Positions 1 to 9,455 of a stretch of DNA of 42,210 nt are shown piece after piece. Positions within the stretch are counted from its first letter, which is position 1; every line of letters starts with the position of its first letter. Below the pieces are notes generated by a model that saw only the letters and a program-made list of their open reading frames with translations, did not search any database and had not been told where the DNA came from. Source of the stretch: Rhodoluna sp. (lineage in GTDB: Bacteria; Actinomycetota; Actinomycetes; Actinomycetales; Microbacteriaceae). Where the stretch lies: positions 1 to 42,210 of the forward strand of contig JBIJAB010000001.1 in the NCBI GenBank assembly GCA_044345975.1. Direction: 5' to 3'. The translations under genes and the position numbers were made by a program.

Positions 1-164
1 AACTTCGTAATCACCCTATACGCCTAGATACCGCGTGTTTATTAGGGTTTCGGCGTGTTGCGGATAACTTTATTGAGAAAATCCCTGTGAATACACGGTT
101 TTTCGCACATTTAAGCAGAAAATCCGCTGCCTTTCGACAGCGGATCTCTATGAAAACTAGTGGT

Positions 165-470
165 TTACCAAGAAGACTTGGTGATACCTGGAAGCTCGCC
201 CTTGTGAGCCATGTCACGGAAACGGACACGAGATACACCGAACTTGCTTAGAACACCACGTGGACGGCCATCGATAGCATCGCGGCTACGGACACGTGTA
301 GGTGATGCGTTACGAGGAAGCTTCTGTAGGCCTAGACGTGCAGCTTCGCGCTGTTCGTCTGTTGAGTTTGGGTCAACCAAAGCCTTCTTTAGCTCTAGAC
401 GCTTTGCTGCGTAGCGCTCAACAACAACCTTGCGCTGTTCGTTACGTGCAATCTTGCTCTTCTTAGCCAT
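165..470 (-). CDS. rpsN: 30S ribosomal protein S14, cysteine-free (Zn-independent) long form
   Basis: [13 protein letters not shown]...[14 protein letters not shown]...[11 protein letters not shown]; 101 aa, no CxxC. Confidence 0.98.
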   Translation of the reverse strand: MAKKSKIARNEQRKVVVERYAAKRLELKKALVDPNSTDEQREAARLGLQKLPRNASPTRVRSRDAIDGRPRGVLSKFGVSRVRFRDMAHKGELPGITKSSW

Positions 471-472
471 TT

Positions 473-640
473 TTAGCGCTCCTCGCGGAATTCAACGTGC
501 TTACGCACAACTGGGTCGTACTTCTTTAGCACGATACGGTCTGGGTCGTTACGACGGTTCTTACGGGTTACATAGGTGTAGCCAGTTCCCGCTGTGGACT
601 TCATTTTGATGATTGGACGAATGTCTCTGTCTTTAGCCAT
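473..640 (-). CDS. rpmG: 50S ribosomal protein L33, cysteine-free form (missing from the ORF track)
   Basis: Manual translation, 55 aa: [55 protein letters not shown]; lies between rpmB and rpsN. Confidence 0.97.
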   Translation of the reverse strand: MAKDRDIRPIIKMKSTAGTGYTYVTRKNRRNDPDRIVLKKYDPVVRKHVEFREER

Positions 641-650
641 GGTCTATTCC

Positions 651-887
651 TTAGATCTTCTCGCCACGGGCAAGGATTTGGGCTACAACAGCTTCGATGC
701 CACGAGCGTCAATAACCTTGATGCCACGTGCACTCAACTGAAGAGTTACATTGCGCTTTAGTGAAGGCACGAAGTATGTGCGCTTTTGGATGTTTGGGTT
801 GAAACGACGCTTAGTCTTGTTCTGAGCGTGCGAAACAGCGTGTCCAAACTGCGGACGGGTCTCTGTGACCTGGCAGTAAGCAGACAT
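651..887 (-). CDS. rpmB: 50S ribosomal protein L28
   Basis: MSAYCQVT...[20 protein letters not shown]; GGAGG RBS upstream. Confidence 0.97.
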   Translation of the reverse strand: MSAYCQVTETRPQFGHAVSHAQNKTKRRFNPNIQKRTYFVPSLKRNVTLQLSARGIKVIDARGIEAVVAQILARGEKI

Positions 888-1000
888 CGGCTTCCTCCGT
901 TATAAAAATGATGGATGGTCCATAAGTGACCGGTTTGTAAAACCCGAAGATTTCGGGCAACTGCTCAAGTCTAGACCTGTTTAGGGTATGTGTGCAAGTC

Positions 1001-1582
1001 CTAATTTAGGTCAATATCTGGGGTTTCCAGCTTGGCTAGACCCGATCTCAGTCTCTTCACCTGGCGGAACAGGAATATGGCCAAAAGGCCCAAAACCAAG
1101 GCAGTTAGGAGTGGTTGAAATGCTTGAAGGAAGTAGATCTCAGCCGCCGGGCCACCATTTCCAGCTAGACCAAGAGATGTGTACTGAATTGCTACCCCAA
1201 GCTGCGAAAGTGAGCTGAATACGAACCCTGCGCTGGCTACCAGCAGAAATATGGAGCTGTTTCTTAGGTTGCGAGTGTATGACCCAATAAGAGCTGACAG
1301 CACCTCTCGGTTCTGCTCAAAACTCAGCATTTCCTTCAAGTCCGTGACTCGGGGCTTCAACAGGTAGTCAAGCGCCACAAAAGTAAACGCAGCGGCAAAT
1401 ACCGAAGTGAGCAAGTGGGACATGTTGAGTAGGTACGCATTTGAAGAAGATACAAGTTCCTGAGGCATCAAACCGCCAACGACTAGTGGGCTAAGGGCTA
1501 ATAGCCCAAAGATGATTGAAAGGCTCTTGAAAGAAACTCTTACTAATTTTGTTTGTTTGATTTCTTGGCTTACAAATTCCAT
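1001..1582 (-). CDS. Hypothetical integral membrane protein (about 4 TM helices, 193 aa)
   Basis: Long ORF with four hydrophobic segments; start moved to ATG 1582 (MEFVSQ) because of the AAGGGGG RBS. Confidence 0.7.
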   Translation of the reverse strand: MEFVSQEIKQTKLVRVSFKSLSIIFGLLALSPLVVGGLMPQELVSSSNAYLLNMSHLLTSVFAAAFTFVALDYLLKPRVTDLKEMLSFEQNREVLSALIGSYTRNLRNSSIFLLVASAGFVFSSLSQLGVAIQYTSLGLAGNGGPAAEIYFLQAFQPLLTALVLGLLAIFLFRQVKRLRSGLAKLETPDIDLN

Positions 1583-1620
1583 TTGTCCCCCTTTATGAAA
1601 GTATTTGTGCTCTCTAGATT

Positions 1621-2010
1621 CTACTTGCTGCACTCTTTACATAGGCCGAAGATATCTATGGTGTGGGTCACTTGGGTAAAGCCATGTTCTTTAGCCACCT
1701 TAGAAGCCCATGTTTCAGCGGCTTCTGCTTCGATCTCAATAGTCACTCCACAGTTCTCACAGATCAGGTGATGGTGGTGATGTGTTGAGCAGTCTCTATA
1801 GAGGGTTTCACCGTCATTACTCTGCAGGCTGTCTGCTTTTCCTAGGCTTACAAGTTCTGTCAAAGCTCGATATACGGTTGCCAAGCCGATAGTGGATCCG
1901 TGCTGCTTCAGAACAAGATGCAACTGCTGAGCACTTACAAAACCTTTGGCTTCGGTTAGCGCATGCATCACGGCATCTTTCTGCCAGGTATTTCTCTTTG
2001 CTGTGCTCAT
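1621..2010 (-). CDS. zur: Fur-family zinc uptake regulator
   Basis: IGLATVYRAL helix, HHHHHLICENC and CKEC motifs; last gene of the metal ABC operon (ATGA overlap). Confidence 0.92.
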   Translation of the reverse strand: MSTAKRNTWQKDAVMHALTEAKGFVSAQQLHLVLKQHGSTIGLATVYRALTELVSLGKADSLQSNDGETLYRDCSTHHHHHLICENCGVTIEIEAEAAETWASKVAKEHGFTQVTHTIDIFGLCKECSK

Positions 2011-2861
2011 GTAGTCAAACCCTTGGATACCGAAGCCTTAGCAGACCTTTTTCTCGAAACTTCTACTATGCGTGCAACAAGATAAATAAAGAATGAAACA
2101 GAGGTAATGTATGGACTTACTGGAAGCCCACCACCTAGAGCGAGAAGTATTCCGCCAATAGCCGATGTCATTGCAAAGCTAACGCTTAGAAGAGGTGCAA
2201 GTTTTGGCGAGGAAGTCACTCTAAGTGCTGCTGCGGCTGGAGTGACAAGAAGACTAAGTACGAGTAAAGCTCCAACGACTTGAACGCTTGCAGCAACCGC
2301 TAGTCCCAAAAGGAGTAAGAAGCCGAAGCCAAGTTTTCCAGTTGCAACTCCCCTGGCCTTAGCCACCTCTGCGTCTAGGCTTGCAAACTGCAGTGGCCTC
2401 CAGATAATCACAAGAACCAGTATCACAAAAATGGATATTGCAGTTAGCCAGAACAGTGAAGGTGAATCGATGGCAATAATCTGTCCGGTTAACAAACCGA
2501 ACTTGTTCGAGGTTCTTCCTTCATAAAGCGAGAGAGCAAGAATTCCAATACCTAAACCAAATGGCATGAGCACGGCGATGATTGAGTTTCTATCTTTTGC
2601 TCTTGTTCCTAATAGACCGATAAGTATTGCTGCTGCTGCAGATCCAATCACTGAACCTAAAACAACATCGAGACCAATCAGCAGGGCAACTGCTGCACCG
2701 GCAAAAGAGATTTCACTAATGCCATGAACTGCAAATGATGAATCTCTAGTCATAACAAAGATGCCGATTAGTCCACCCATGAGCCCTAGCAAGGCTGCCG
2801 CTATTAGTGAGTTGGTTACCAGTGGAAGAAGCTTGTCGTAATCAGTGAAGTCGAAAATCAT
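2007..2861 (-). CDS. znuB: Zn/Mn ABC transporter permease
   Basis: ABC-3 permease motifs (HGISEISFAG, VGALLVLSLLVTPAAAA); start ATG 2861 by TAATG overlap with znuC stop and GAGGAG RBS. Confidence 0.9.
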   Translation of the reverse strand: MIFDFTDYDKLLPLVTNSLIAAALLGLMGGLIGIFVMTRDSSFAVHGISEISFAGAAVALLIGLDVVLGSVIGSAAAAILIGLLGTRAKDRNSIIAVLMPFGLGIGILALSLYEGRTSNKFGLLTGQIIAIDSPSLFWLTAISIFVILVLVIIWRPLQFASLDAEVAKARGVATGKLGFGFLLLLGLAVAASVQVVGALLVLSLLVTPAAAALRVTSSPKLAPLLSVSFAMTSAIGGILLALGGGLPVSPYITSVSFFIYLVARIVEVSRKRSAKASVSKGLTT

Positions 2862-3673
2862 TATTTCCACTCCTCATGATCGTGATGCTCATGATCGGAA
2901 CCGTGTGTACCAAGAATTGCAATTCTTCCTTGGTTACGAACAACATCAACAGGAGCTCCATAAAGTTCACTAAGCACTTCACTTCGCATAACTTCATCAG
3001 GTGTTCCGATTTTGAATTGACCGTTAGCCAAATACAAAACTCGATCAACCATATCTAATACTGGATTGACATCGTGTGTGACAAACAACACCGCTGCTGA
3101 ATGGTCTTTTCTTTCCCGATCAATTAGGTCTGCAAGTATTCCCTGCTGAGCTAGATCTAAAGCACTGAGTGGTTCATCAGCAAGAATCAGATCAGGCTCA
3201 TCTATTACTGCCTGACCCACGCGAAATCTTTGCAGTTGTCCCCCACTTAGTTGACCTACTGGTAGGTTGGCGAGTTCATGACCATCAATGCAGTTGAGAA
3301 TGTGTTCAACTCTTGCTTTATCTTTGCGCGAAGTAAATGGAACTCCATAGCGGTGACCGTTGATGCCCATAGTCAACAGGTCTCTAGCTAGAAGTGGTGT
3401 GTGTGCATCAAGCGTTCTCGACTGAGGGATGTAGCCAATTTTTCTGGAACCATGTGTAACTGGTTTTCCATTCAGCAGGATTGCCCCTGAGTTAAGTTTC
3501 TCTTGACCCAAGATTGCTCTAAGCAGCGTTGTCTTACCAGATCCATTAGCACCAATAATTGCTATGAATTCTCCCTGAGCAACTTCTAAATCTAGGTTGC
3601 TCCAAAGTGGCCGCTCGTCGTAACCGAGAGTGGCTTGGTTGATTCTTAGCACTGGGCTAGTGGTGGTGGATAT
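2861..3673 (-). CDS. znuC: Zn/Mn ABC transporter ATPase (start ATA 3673 or GTG 3652)
   Basis: Walker A GANGSGKT, LSGGQLQR signature, LILADEP Walker B, His-rich C-terminus HGSDHEHHDH. Confidence 0.92.
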   Translation of the reverse strand: MSTTTSPVLRINQATLGYDERPLWSNLDLEVAQGEFIAIIGANGSGKTTLLRAILGQEKLNSGAILLNGKPVTHGSRKIGYIPQSRTLDAHTPLLARDLLTMGINGHRYGVPFTSRKDKARVEHILNCIDGHELANLPVGQLSGGQLQRFRVGQAVIDEPDLILADEPLSALDLAQQGILADLIDRERKDHSAAVLFVTHDVNPVLDMVDRVLYLANGQFKIGTPDEVMRSEVLSELYGAPVDVVRNQGRIAILGTHGSDHEHHDHEEWK

Positions 3674-3727
3674 GGTTTACAACTTCCTTCTTTATTGACT
3701 GAGTTTATCTCTCAGCGAGATTAGGGA

Positions 3728-4651
3728 CTAGTTGCTTATTGATTCGATTTCACTAAGGATTCCAGCCATCCAGTCCTGGTAGTTAGAACCTTCTGGAAGA
3801 AGTTCATCGAAGTTCAACACCGGAACTGCGTTCTCTTCCGCAACTACAATCAGTTGTTCAAGAGACGTTGAACTTGCCTGACGGTTCACAGCAACAAAGT
3901 CAACTTTGTTACCACCGATTAGTTCCTTGGCCTCATTCATTACTAGCGGTGATGGTTCTAGCTCCGCTTCTTCTGCTTCAGCAAAGCCTTCTGGTGTTAG
4001 GTTCTCAAAGCCCAGTTCCTGGAACAAGAGAGAGGCAAGAGGGTGGGCTTCAAAGTATGAAAGCTTTGTCCTAATCTTTGCTGCTCGTTCTTCAAGTTCT
4101 TCAATGGAAGCCGCAAACTCTGTGTAATTCTCATCAAACACACTCTTGTTTTCTGGTTGAATATCTGCCATCTTCTGTGAGAGCTGGAAAGCAGTTGCCT
4201 CAACAACGTGAAGGTCATACCAAATGTGATCTGAGCCATCGTGACCATGAGCGTGCTCATCGCCATGATCATCTTTAGCTTCGCCAGCATGTTCGCCACC
4301 ATGTGCTTTTTCTTCAGCCTCATAAACATCGAAAGGAACAACGTTAGCTGCGCTGGCTAGCTTGGTTGCAAACTCGTCATAGCCCCCACCGTTCATGATG
4401 AAGATGCTTGACTCAGACACAGCTAACTGATCTCTAGCTGATGCCTCAAATGAGTGAGGATCCTGAGTTGGCTTATCGATAAGAGCAATTACGTTGAACT
4501 TATCGCCAGCTATTTGGCTGGCTACGTCAGCCCATACTGACGTAGTGGCAACAATGGAAGGTCGGGTATCTGCTGACTCTGTTGATGAACAGCCAGATAG
4601 GCCTATTACTAAGGACGTTGCGGCAGCCAGTGCTACTAATGATTTCTTCAT
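3728..4651 (-). CDS. znuA: Zn-binding lipoprotein of the ABC transporter
   Basis: Lipobox LSGC, QDPHSFE motif, His/acid-rich loop (HGGEHAGEAKDDHGDEHAHGH), DHIW. Confidence 0.92.
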   Translation of the reverse strand: MKKSLVALAAATSLVIGLSGCSSTESADTRPSIVATTSVWADVASQIAGDKFNVIALIDKPTQDPHSFEASARDQLAVSESSIFIMNGGGYDEFATKLASAANVVPFDVYEAEEKAHGGEHAGEAKDDHGDEHAHGHDGSDHIWYDLHVVEATAFQLSQKMADIQPENKSVFDENYTEFAASIEELEERAAKIRTKLSYFEAHPLASLLFQELGFENLTPEGFAEAEEAELEPSPLVMNEAKELIGGNKVDFVAVNRQASSTSLEQLIVVAEENAVPVLNFDELLPEGSNYQDWMAGILSEIESISN

Positions 4652-4664
4652 GACTAAATCATAG

Positions 4665-4691
4665 TGTTATTGATAATGAATATCAATAACA
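4665..4691. promoter_or_regulatory. Zur operator overlapping the leaderless znuA promoter
   Basis: Inverted repeat TGTTATTGATA-ATGAA-TATCAATAACA resembling the actinobacterial Zur box (TATTGAAAAT-N-ATTTTCAATA); -10 TATGAT lies 6 nt before the znuA ATG. Confidence 0.88.
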
Positions 4692-4716
4692 ATAGGGGAC
4701 TCTTTTGGGGCCAGCC

Positions 4717-6102
4717 CTAGTCCAGAAGCAGAGCTGGTTCTTCGATAACCGACGCGACGTCTTGAACGAATCTGCTTGCGACATCTCCATCAACGACTCG
4801 GTGATCGAATGTTGCACCAATAGTTGTTACCTGACGAATAAGAATCTCGTTGTCAACTACCCAAGGCTTTGGCCTGATTGAACCAAGAGCTACGATTCCA
4901 ACTTCACCTGGGTTCAAGATTGGTGTTCCAGTGTCAACTCCGAAGACTCCGATGTTGGTAACTGTGATAGTTCCGTTTTGCATATCTGCTGGAGTTGTCT
5001 TTCCTTCACGAGCAGTTGCTGCAAGTTTCTCTAATGCCATAGCTAGTTCAAGCATTGAAAGCTTGTCTGCATCTTTAACGTTAGGAACGATTAGTCCTCT
5101 AGGTGTTGCAGCTGCAACACCAAAGTTCACGTAGTTGTGAACAATAATTTCTGTGTCAGTCCAAGTTGAGTTAACAGTTGGGTTTCTTCTTGCTGCCCAG
5201 ATCATTGCCTTAGCCATGATAAGAAGTGGTGTTACTTTCACTCCAGCGAAATCAGCACTTGCTTTCAAGCGCTTTACATATTCCATAGTTCTTGTTGCAT
5301 CAACATCAACAAAGATGCTTACGTGCGGAGCAGTAAATGCAGATTGAACCATTGCACTAGCAATAGCTCTTCTAACTCCCTTAACAGGAATTCTCTCTTC
5401 ACGTTCGGTCTTTAGTTCAGGGGTGGTTTGGTTTCTAAAAACACTCGCAACTTGAGCTGCGGCGAGAATATCTTCTCTAGTAACTTCACCAGAGACTCCA
5501 GTTGCTTTGACTTTCGAAATATCAACGTTCATGTCTTTAGCAAGTTTGCGAATCGGTGGCTTGGCTAAAACAACATCGGCAGATGGAACTATCGCAATTA
5601 GATCTGTTCCTGGTGCTGTTGCATTAGCAATAGATGTTGCTGCAGCTGACGCCACAACCGGAGCAACTCCGCGTCTTCTTCTGCTAGGCGCAGCAGCTGA
5701 TACTCCGTAGCCAACAAGATTAGGTTGAGGCTTCTCTTCAGAACTTGATGAAGAAACTTCGGAAACAGTTTCGATGGCTTCGGTTGTTACTGCGTTTTGT
5801 GCAACAGCTGCGTGCATCGAGGTTGGAGCAGTTCCAGCAGCAACTGCTGCAGTTGCTTCACTTACTGTGACTCCAATAATTGGTGAACCAACGTTTACTG
5901 TGTCACCTTCATTAGCAAGAAGCTGAGTAACAACTCCAGCGAATGGACAAGGTAGTTCAACTAAAGACTTTGCTGTTTCAATTTCAACGATGATCTGGTT
6001 GACGGTTACGTTATCGCCAACTTTTACTTTCCAAGAAACAATCTCTGCCTCGGTAAGGCCTTCGCCAACATCTGGCAAATCAAAATATGCAATCTGTGAC
6101 AT
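4717..6102 (-). CDS. pdhC: 2-oxoacid dehydrogenase E2 (dihydrolipoamide acyltransferase)
   Basis: Lipoyl domain ([18 protein letters not shown]), E3-binding domain, catalytic DHRVVDG. Confidence 0.93.
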   Translation of the reverse strand: MSQIAYFDLPDVGEGLTEAEIVSWKVKVGDNVTVNQIIVEIETAKSLVELPCPFAGVVTQLLANEGDTVNVGSPIIGVTVSEATAAVAAGTAPTSMHAAVAQNAVTTEAIETVSEVSSSSSEEKPQPNLVGYGVSAAAPSRRRRGVAPVVASAAATSIANATAPGTDLIAIVPSADVVLAKPPIRKLAKDMNVDISKVKATGVSGEVTREDILAAAQVASVFRNQTTPELKTEREERIPVKGVRRAIASAMVQSAFTAPHVSIFVDVDATRTMEYVKRLKASADFAGVKVTPLLIMAKAMIWAARRNPTVNSTWTDTEIIVHNYVNFGVAAATPRGLIVPNVKDADKLSMLELAMALEKLAATAREGKTTPADMQNGTITVTNIGVFGVDTGTPILNPGEVGIVALGSIRPKPWVVDNEILIRQVTTIGATFDHRVVDGDVASRFVQDVASVIEEPALLLD

Positions 6103-6112
6103 CTGATCCGCC

Positions 6113-7096
6113 CTAGTAAGCCAACACTCGATCGACAGCTTCCATTAAGCGGTCTGCGTCTGGCAAGAATAGTTCCTCGAGTTTTGCTGCTGGATAAGGA
6201 ACATCAAATCCACCAACTCTAATTACTGGAGCTTCTAGGTAGAAGAAGCAGAGCTCAGAAATCTTTGCAGCAATTTCAGAAGAGATACTTACGAAAGTAC
6301 CTGCCTCGTGAGTGACAATCAGTCTTCCGGTTCTCTTCACTGATTCAACAATGTGTCCGAAGTCGATGGGTGAAAGAGATCTGATGTCAACAACTTCAAT
6401 GTTGATTCCTTCAGCAGCTGCATTCTCTGCTGCCTGCAGGGCAGTAACCACCATTGGGCCATAGGTTGCAATAGTCACGTCAGAACCCTGGCGAATAGTG
6501 GTTGCTGTGTGCATAGACATAGGAGCATGGTCAAGGTTTACTTGACCTTTCTGCCAATATCTTCTCTTTGGTTCAAAGAACATAACTGGGTCACGTGATT
6601 CGATTGCTTGCTGAATCATCCAGTAAGCATCGTTCGCATTAGAAGGGCTAATCACTCGAAGACCTGCAGTGTGTGCAAAATATGCTTCAGGTGACTCGCT
6701 GTGGTGCTCAACAGCGCCAATGCCTCCACCGTAAGGAACTCGGATAACTACTGGCATATCAAAGTAACCTTCGCTTCGGTTGGTTAGCTTGGCTAGCTGA
6801 CTTACGATTTGATCAAACGCTGGGTAAATAAATCCGTCGAATTGAATTTCTGCAATCGGACGGAAGCCGCGCATTGCTAAACCAATTGCTGTTCCAACAA
6901 TTCCTGATTCCGCGATAGGTGAATTGAAAACTCTGTTAGAACCAAACTCATCGAGTAAACCCTCAGTGACTCGGAACACTCCACCAAGCTGGGCTACGTC
7001 TTCACCAAATACAAGAACCTTAGAGTTGTCTTGCATTGATTTACGAATACCAGCGTTAATCGCTTTTGCAATTGATAGCTCTACGAAATTACTCAT
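6113..7096 (-). CDS. pdhB: Pyruvate/branched-chain 2-oxoacid dehydrogenase E1 beta
   Basis: [29 protein letters not shown]. Confidence 0.93.
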   Translation of the reverse strand: MSNFVELSIAKAINAGIRKSMQDNSKVLVFGEDVAQLGGVFRVTEGLLDEFGSNRVFNSPIAESGIVGTAIGLAMRGFRPIAEIQFDGFIYPAFDQIVSQLAKLTNRSEGYFDMPVVIRVPYGGGIGAVEHHSESPEAYFAHTAGLRVISPSNANDAYWMIQQAIESRDPVMFFEPKRRYWQKGQVNLDHAPMSMHTATTIRQGSDVTIATYGPMVVTALQAAENAAAEGINIEVVDIRSLSPIDFGHIVESVKRTGRLIVTHEAGTFVSISSEIAAKISELCFFYLEAPVIRVGGFDVPYPAAKLEELFLPDADRLMEAVDRVLAY

Positions 7097-8262
7097 TAGT
7101 GAGTCCCTCCGTAGGTTGGGGTGTCGTCACCATTGTTGGTAGAGGCATGGCCACCCAAAGATTCTTCGTAACCCTGAAGCCAAGCTCTCTGCTCTTCAAT
7201 CATTGGGTGAGGCTCTGAATAAACGTGATCAAACATAAGTTCTAGAGGTGGCTCAGTCATAGCGAAAGTTTTTTCACGCAGTTCTGTAGCAAGAGCATCT
7301 CCCGCGGCCTTTACTTCATCAAAGAAATCCTGACCGATGCCTTGCTTACGTAGGAACTTCTCAAATCTGAGGATTGGATCTTTGGCTGCCCATTCAGCAA
7401 CTTCAGCAGGGTCACGATACTTCGATGGATCATCGCTAGTTGTGTGAGCACCGATTCGATATGTCAAAGCTTCAATAAGAGAAGGGCCTTGTCCTGAACG
7501 TGCATCGTCCATATGTTTCTTTGTTACTGCATAACAAGCAAGGACGTCGTTACCGTCAACACGAATACCAGGCACTCCAAAACCTTCACCACGTTTATAT
7601 AGAGGCACCTTGGTTTGTGTTCCAACTGGAGAAGAGATTGCCCACTGATTGTTTTGACAGAAGAAAACTTGAGGAGTGTTGTTTGTTGCTGCGAAAAGGA
7701 ATGCTTCGCTGATGTCACCTTCAGCTGTTGCCCCATCACCGAAATAGGTAATTACTGCTAGGTCTTTTTCTGGATCCCCGGTTCCAACTAGACCTTCAAA
7801 GTTCAAACCCATCGCATAGCCAGTTGCGTGGAGAGCTTGAGTGCCAAGAACAATGGCATATAAGTGGAAGCGAGTATCTTTTGGATTCCATCCACCGTGG
7901 TTTACACCTCGGAACATCTTGATGATTGACATCAGGTCAACACCGTGAGTGATTGCTACTCCGTGTTCACGGTAAGAAGGGAAGATGTGATCGTTCGGGC
8001 CAACTCCATAGCCAGATCCGATTTGAGCACCTTCTTGACCAATAGCTGAAACCCATAGACCCATCTGACCTTGGCGTTGAAGAGCCGTTGCCTCTTCGTC
8101 GAAACGACGGATACGAGCCATGTCACGATAGAACTTTAGGAAGTCTGCTTCTCGAAGCGATCTGACGATCTCGCCATAAACAGCATGTTCTCGAGGTTCG
8201 ATGAAATCGCCGTCAACCGTTAGCAGTTGAACCATAGGAATTTCTGGGGATACGGCGTTCAC
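7096..8262 (-). CDS. pdhA: Pyruvate/branched-chain 2-oxoacid dehydrogenase E1 alpha
   Basis: TPP motif GDGA...NN and HTTSDDP loop; start set at GTG 8262, 7 nt after -10 TAAATT (leaderless). Confidence 0.93.
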   Translation of the reverse strand: MNAVSPEIPMVQLLTVDGDFIEPREHAVYGEIVRSLREADFLKFYRDMARIRRFDEEATALQRQGQMGLWVSAIGQEGAQIGSGYGVGPNDHIFPSYREHGVAITHGVDLMSIIKMFRGVNHGGWNPKDTRFHLYAIVLGTQALHATGYAMGLNFEGLVGTGDPEKDLAVITYFGDGATAEGDISEAFLFAATNNTPQVFFCQNNQWAISSPVGTQTKVPLYKRGEGFGVPGIRVDGNDVLACYAVTKKHMDDARSGQGPSLIEALTYRIGAHTTSDDPSKYRDPAEVAEWAAKDPILRFEKFLRKQGIGQDFFDEVKAAGDALATELREKTFAMTEPPLELMFDHVYSEPHPMIEEQRAWLQGYEESLGGHASTNNGDDTPTYGGTH

Positions 8263-8300
8263 AGATACCAATTTACTTGAGGGGTGGCACAATAAAACAC

Positions 8301-8726
8301 ATGAAACGTTTTCTTGTTAGCACGATCATCAACGGATTGGGTATTTGGCTGGTTTCAGCAATAATCCCAGGCATCGGCCTAAAGCCTTACGGTGGCACCG
8401 AATTGTGGCAATTAATCGCCACTTTATTGGTGATTGGAGCCATTTTTGGTCTAATCAACTCCATAGTCGCCCCAGTTATCAAGGTAATTGCGTTCCCGCT
8501 ATACATTTTGACCTTTGGTTTGATCTCCTTTGTGATTAACGGATCCCTACTTCTATTGGTCGCTTGGATTAGCCAGCAGCTAAGCCCAGACACATTTACC
8601 ATCCAAGGTTTCACCACTGAAGGATTAGAAATTGAATCTCTAGGTTGGGCGATTCTTGCCTCAATAGTGATCAGCATCTTCTCATTCATTGGTAGAGGTC
8701 TTTTCAAGGCTTTGAGGATTCTTTAG
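8301..8726 (+). CDS. 4-TM 'phage holin family' (YvlD-like) membrane protein
   Basis: GLINSIVAPVIKVIAFPLYILTFGLISFVINGSLL signature; ATG 8301 is 7 nt after -10 CACAAT. Confidence 0.85.
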   Translation: MKRFLVSTIINGLGIWLVSAIIPGIGLKPYGGTELWQLIATLLVIGAIFGLINSIVAPVIKVIAFPLYILTFGLISFVINGSLLLLVAWISQQLSPDTFTIQGFTTEGLEIESLGWAILASIVISIFSFIGRGLFKALRIL

Positions 8727-9455
8727 GTCATTCATAGAAAAGACTTGAACCTCTCCGTCAGCTAAACCCTGGTGGTCAATAAGTACTTGAGCATCCGGAA
8801 TGATTACTTCTCCATTTCTCATAGCAACGAAATGAACCTGATCACTTACTCCGGTTCGATATTTAATGAAGTCAGCTAAACGGTAATCCTCAGAAGTCAT
8901 TGGCTGGTCCCCGTTAATGACAGCCCAATCATGTTCCTTCGGAAGATAGAACCAGTGCGATGCTGTTCCATTGCGCATTGCGTACGTTTCTTCTCTAACT
9001 AGGGGCTGTCCAGACCAGGTTGTTTCGCTAAAGCGCTGATTGATTATGTTCACATCGGTTGGCGGCATGATTGTTACCGGTGGTACATGTTGGCTAAAAC
9101 CAAATGGCAGATTCAACACGGGAGCCAGCTCAACAGCCCAAGAACCTAGTTCCTTCAAAAGTTCGGGAACGTTGATTGTCTCCAACACGGTGGTGAGCAT
9201 GGTTTCGGTCTGCATATAGGAATGTGCTGACGTGATCAGTCCCTGTTGGATATGCCACAGCTTTCCCAAAAGAAAAGGTAGTTCGATGGTGAATCGGGCA
9301 GCAGCCCAAGGAGCGGTAGTGAACTTAGTTGGGTTTAGCTCAGTGAGTAAACTTACCGCCACCAACCACATGTCTCTCGCACTTCTAACTAGCTCCTCGT
9401 GAGTCGCAACCACAACCACGGGAGCCACCGGCGGGGTGCAGACATCCGGCTTCAT
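8682..9455 (-). CDS. Hypothetical protein, 257 aa, with helical N-domain ending in YxxxE and a degenerate alpha/beta-hydrolase-like C-half
   Basis: Open frame; ATG 9455 forms an ATGA overlap with the upstream small ORF. Confidence 0.7.
   Translation of the reverse strand: MKPDVCTPPVAPVVVVATHEELVRSARDMWLVAVSLLTELNPTKFTTAPWAAARFTIELPFLLGKLWHIQQGLITSAHSYMQTETMLTTVLETINVPELLKELGSWAVELAPVLNLPFGFSQHVPPVTIMPPTDVNIINQRFSETTWSGQPLVREETYAMRNGTASHWFYLPKEHDWAVINGDQPMTSEDYRLADFIKYRTGVSDQVHFVAMRNGEVIIPDAQVLIDHQGLADGEVQVFSMNDLKNPQSLEKTSTNE

Noticed and set aside
8301-8726. Prophage remnant suggested by the holin-family gene
   Set aside because: This 4-TM family is a common chromosomal gene in Actinobacteria; no endolysin, integrase or structural genes nearby
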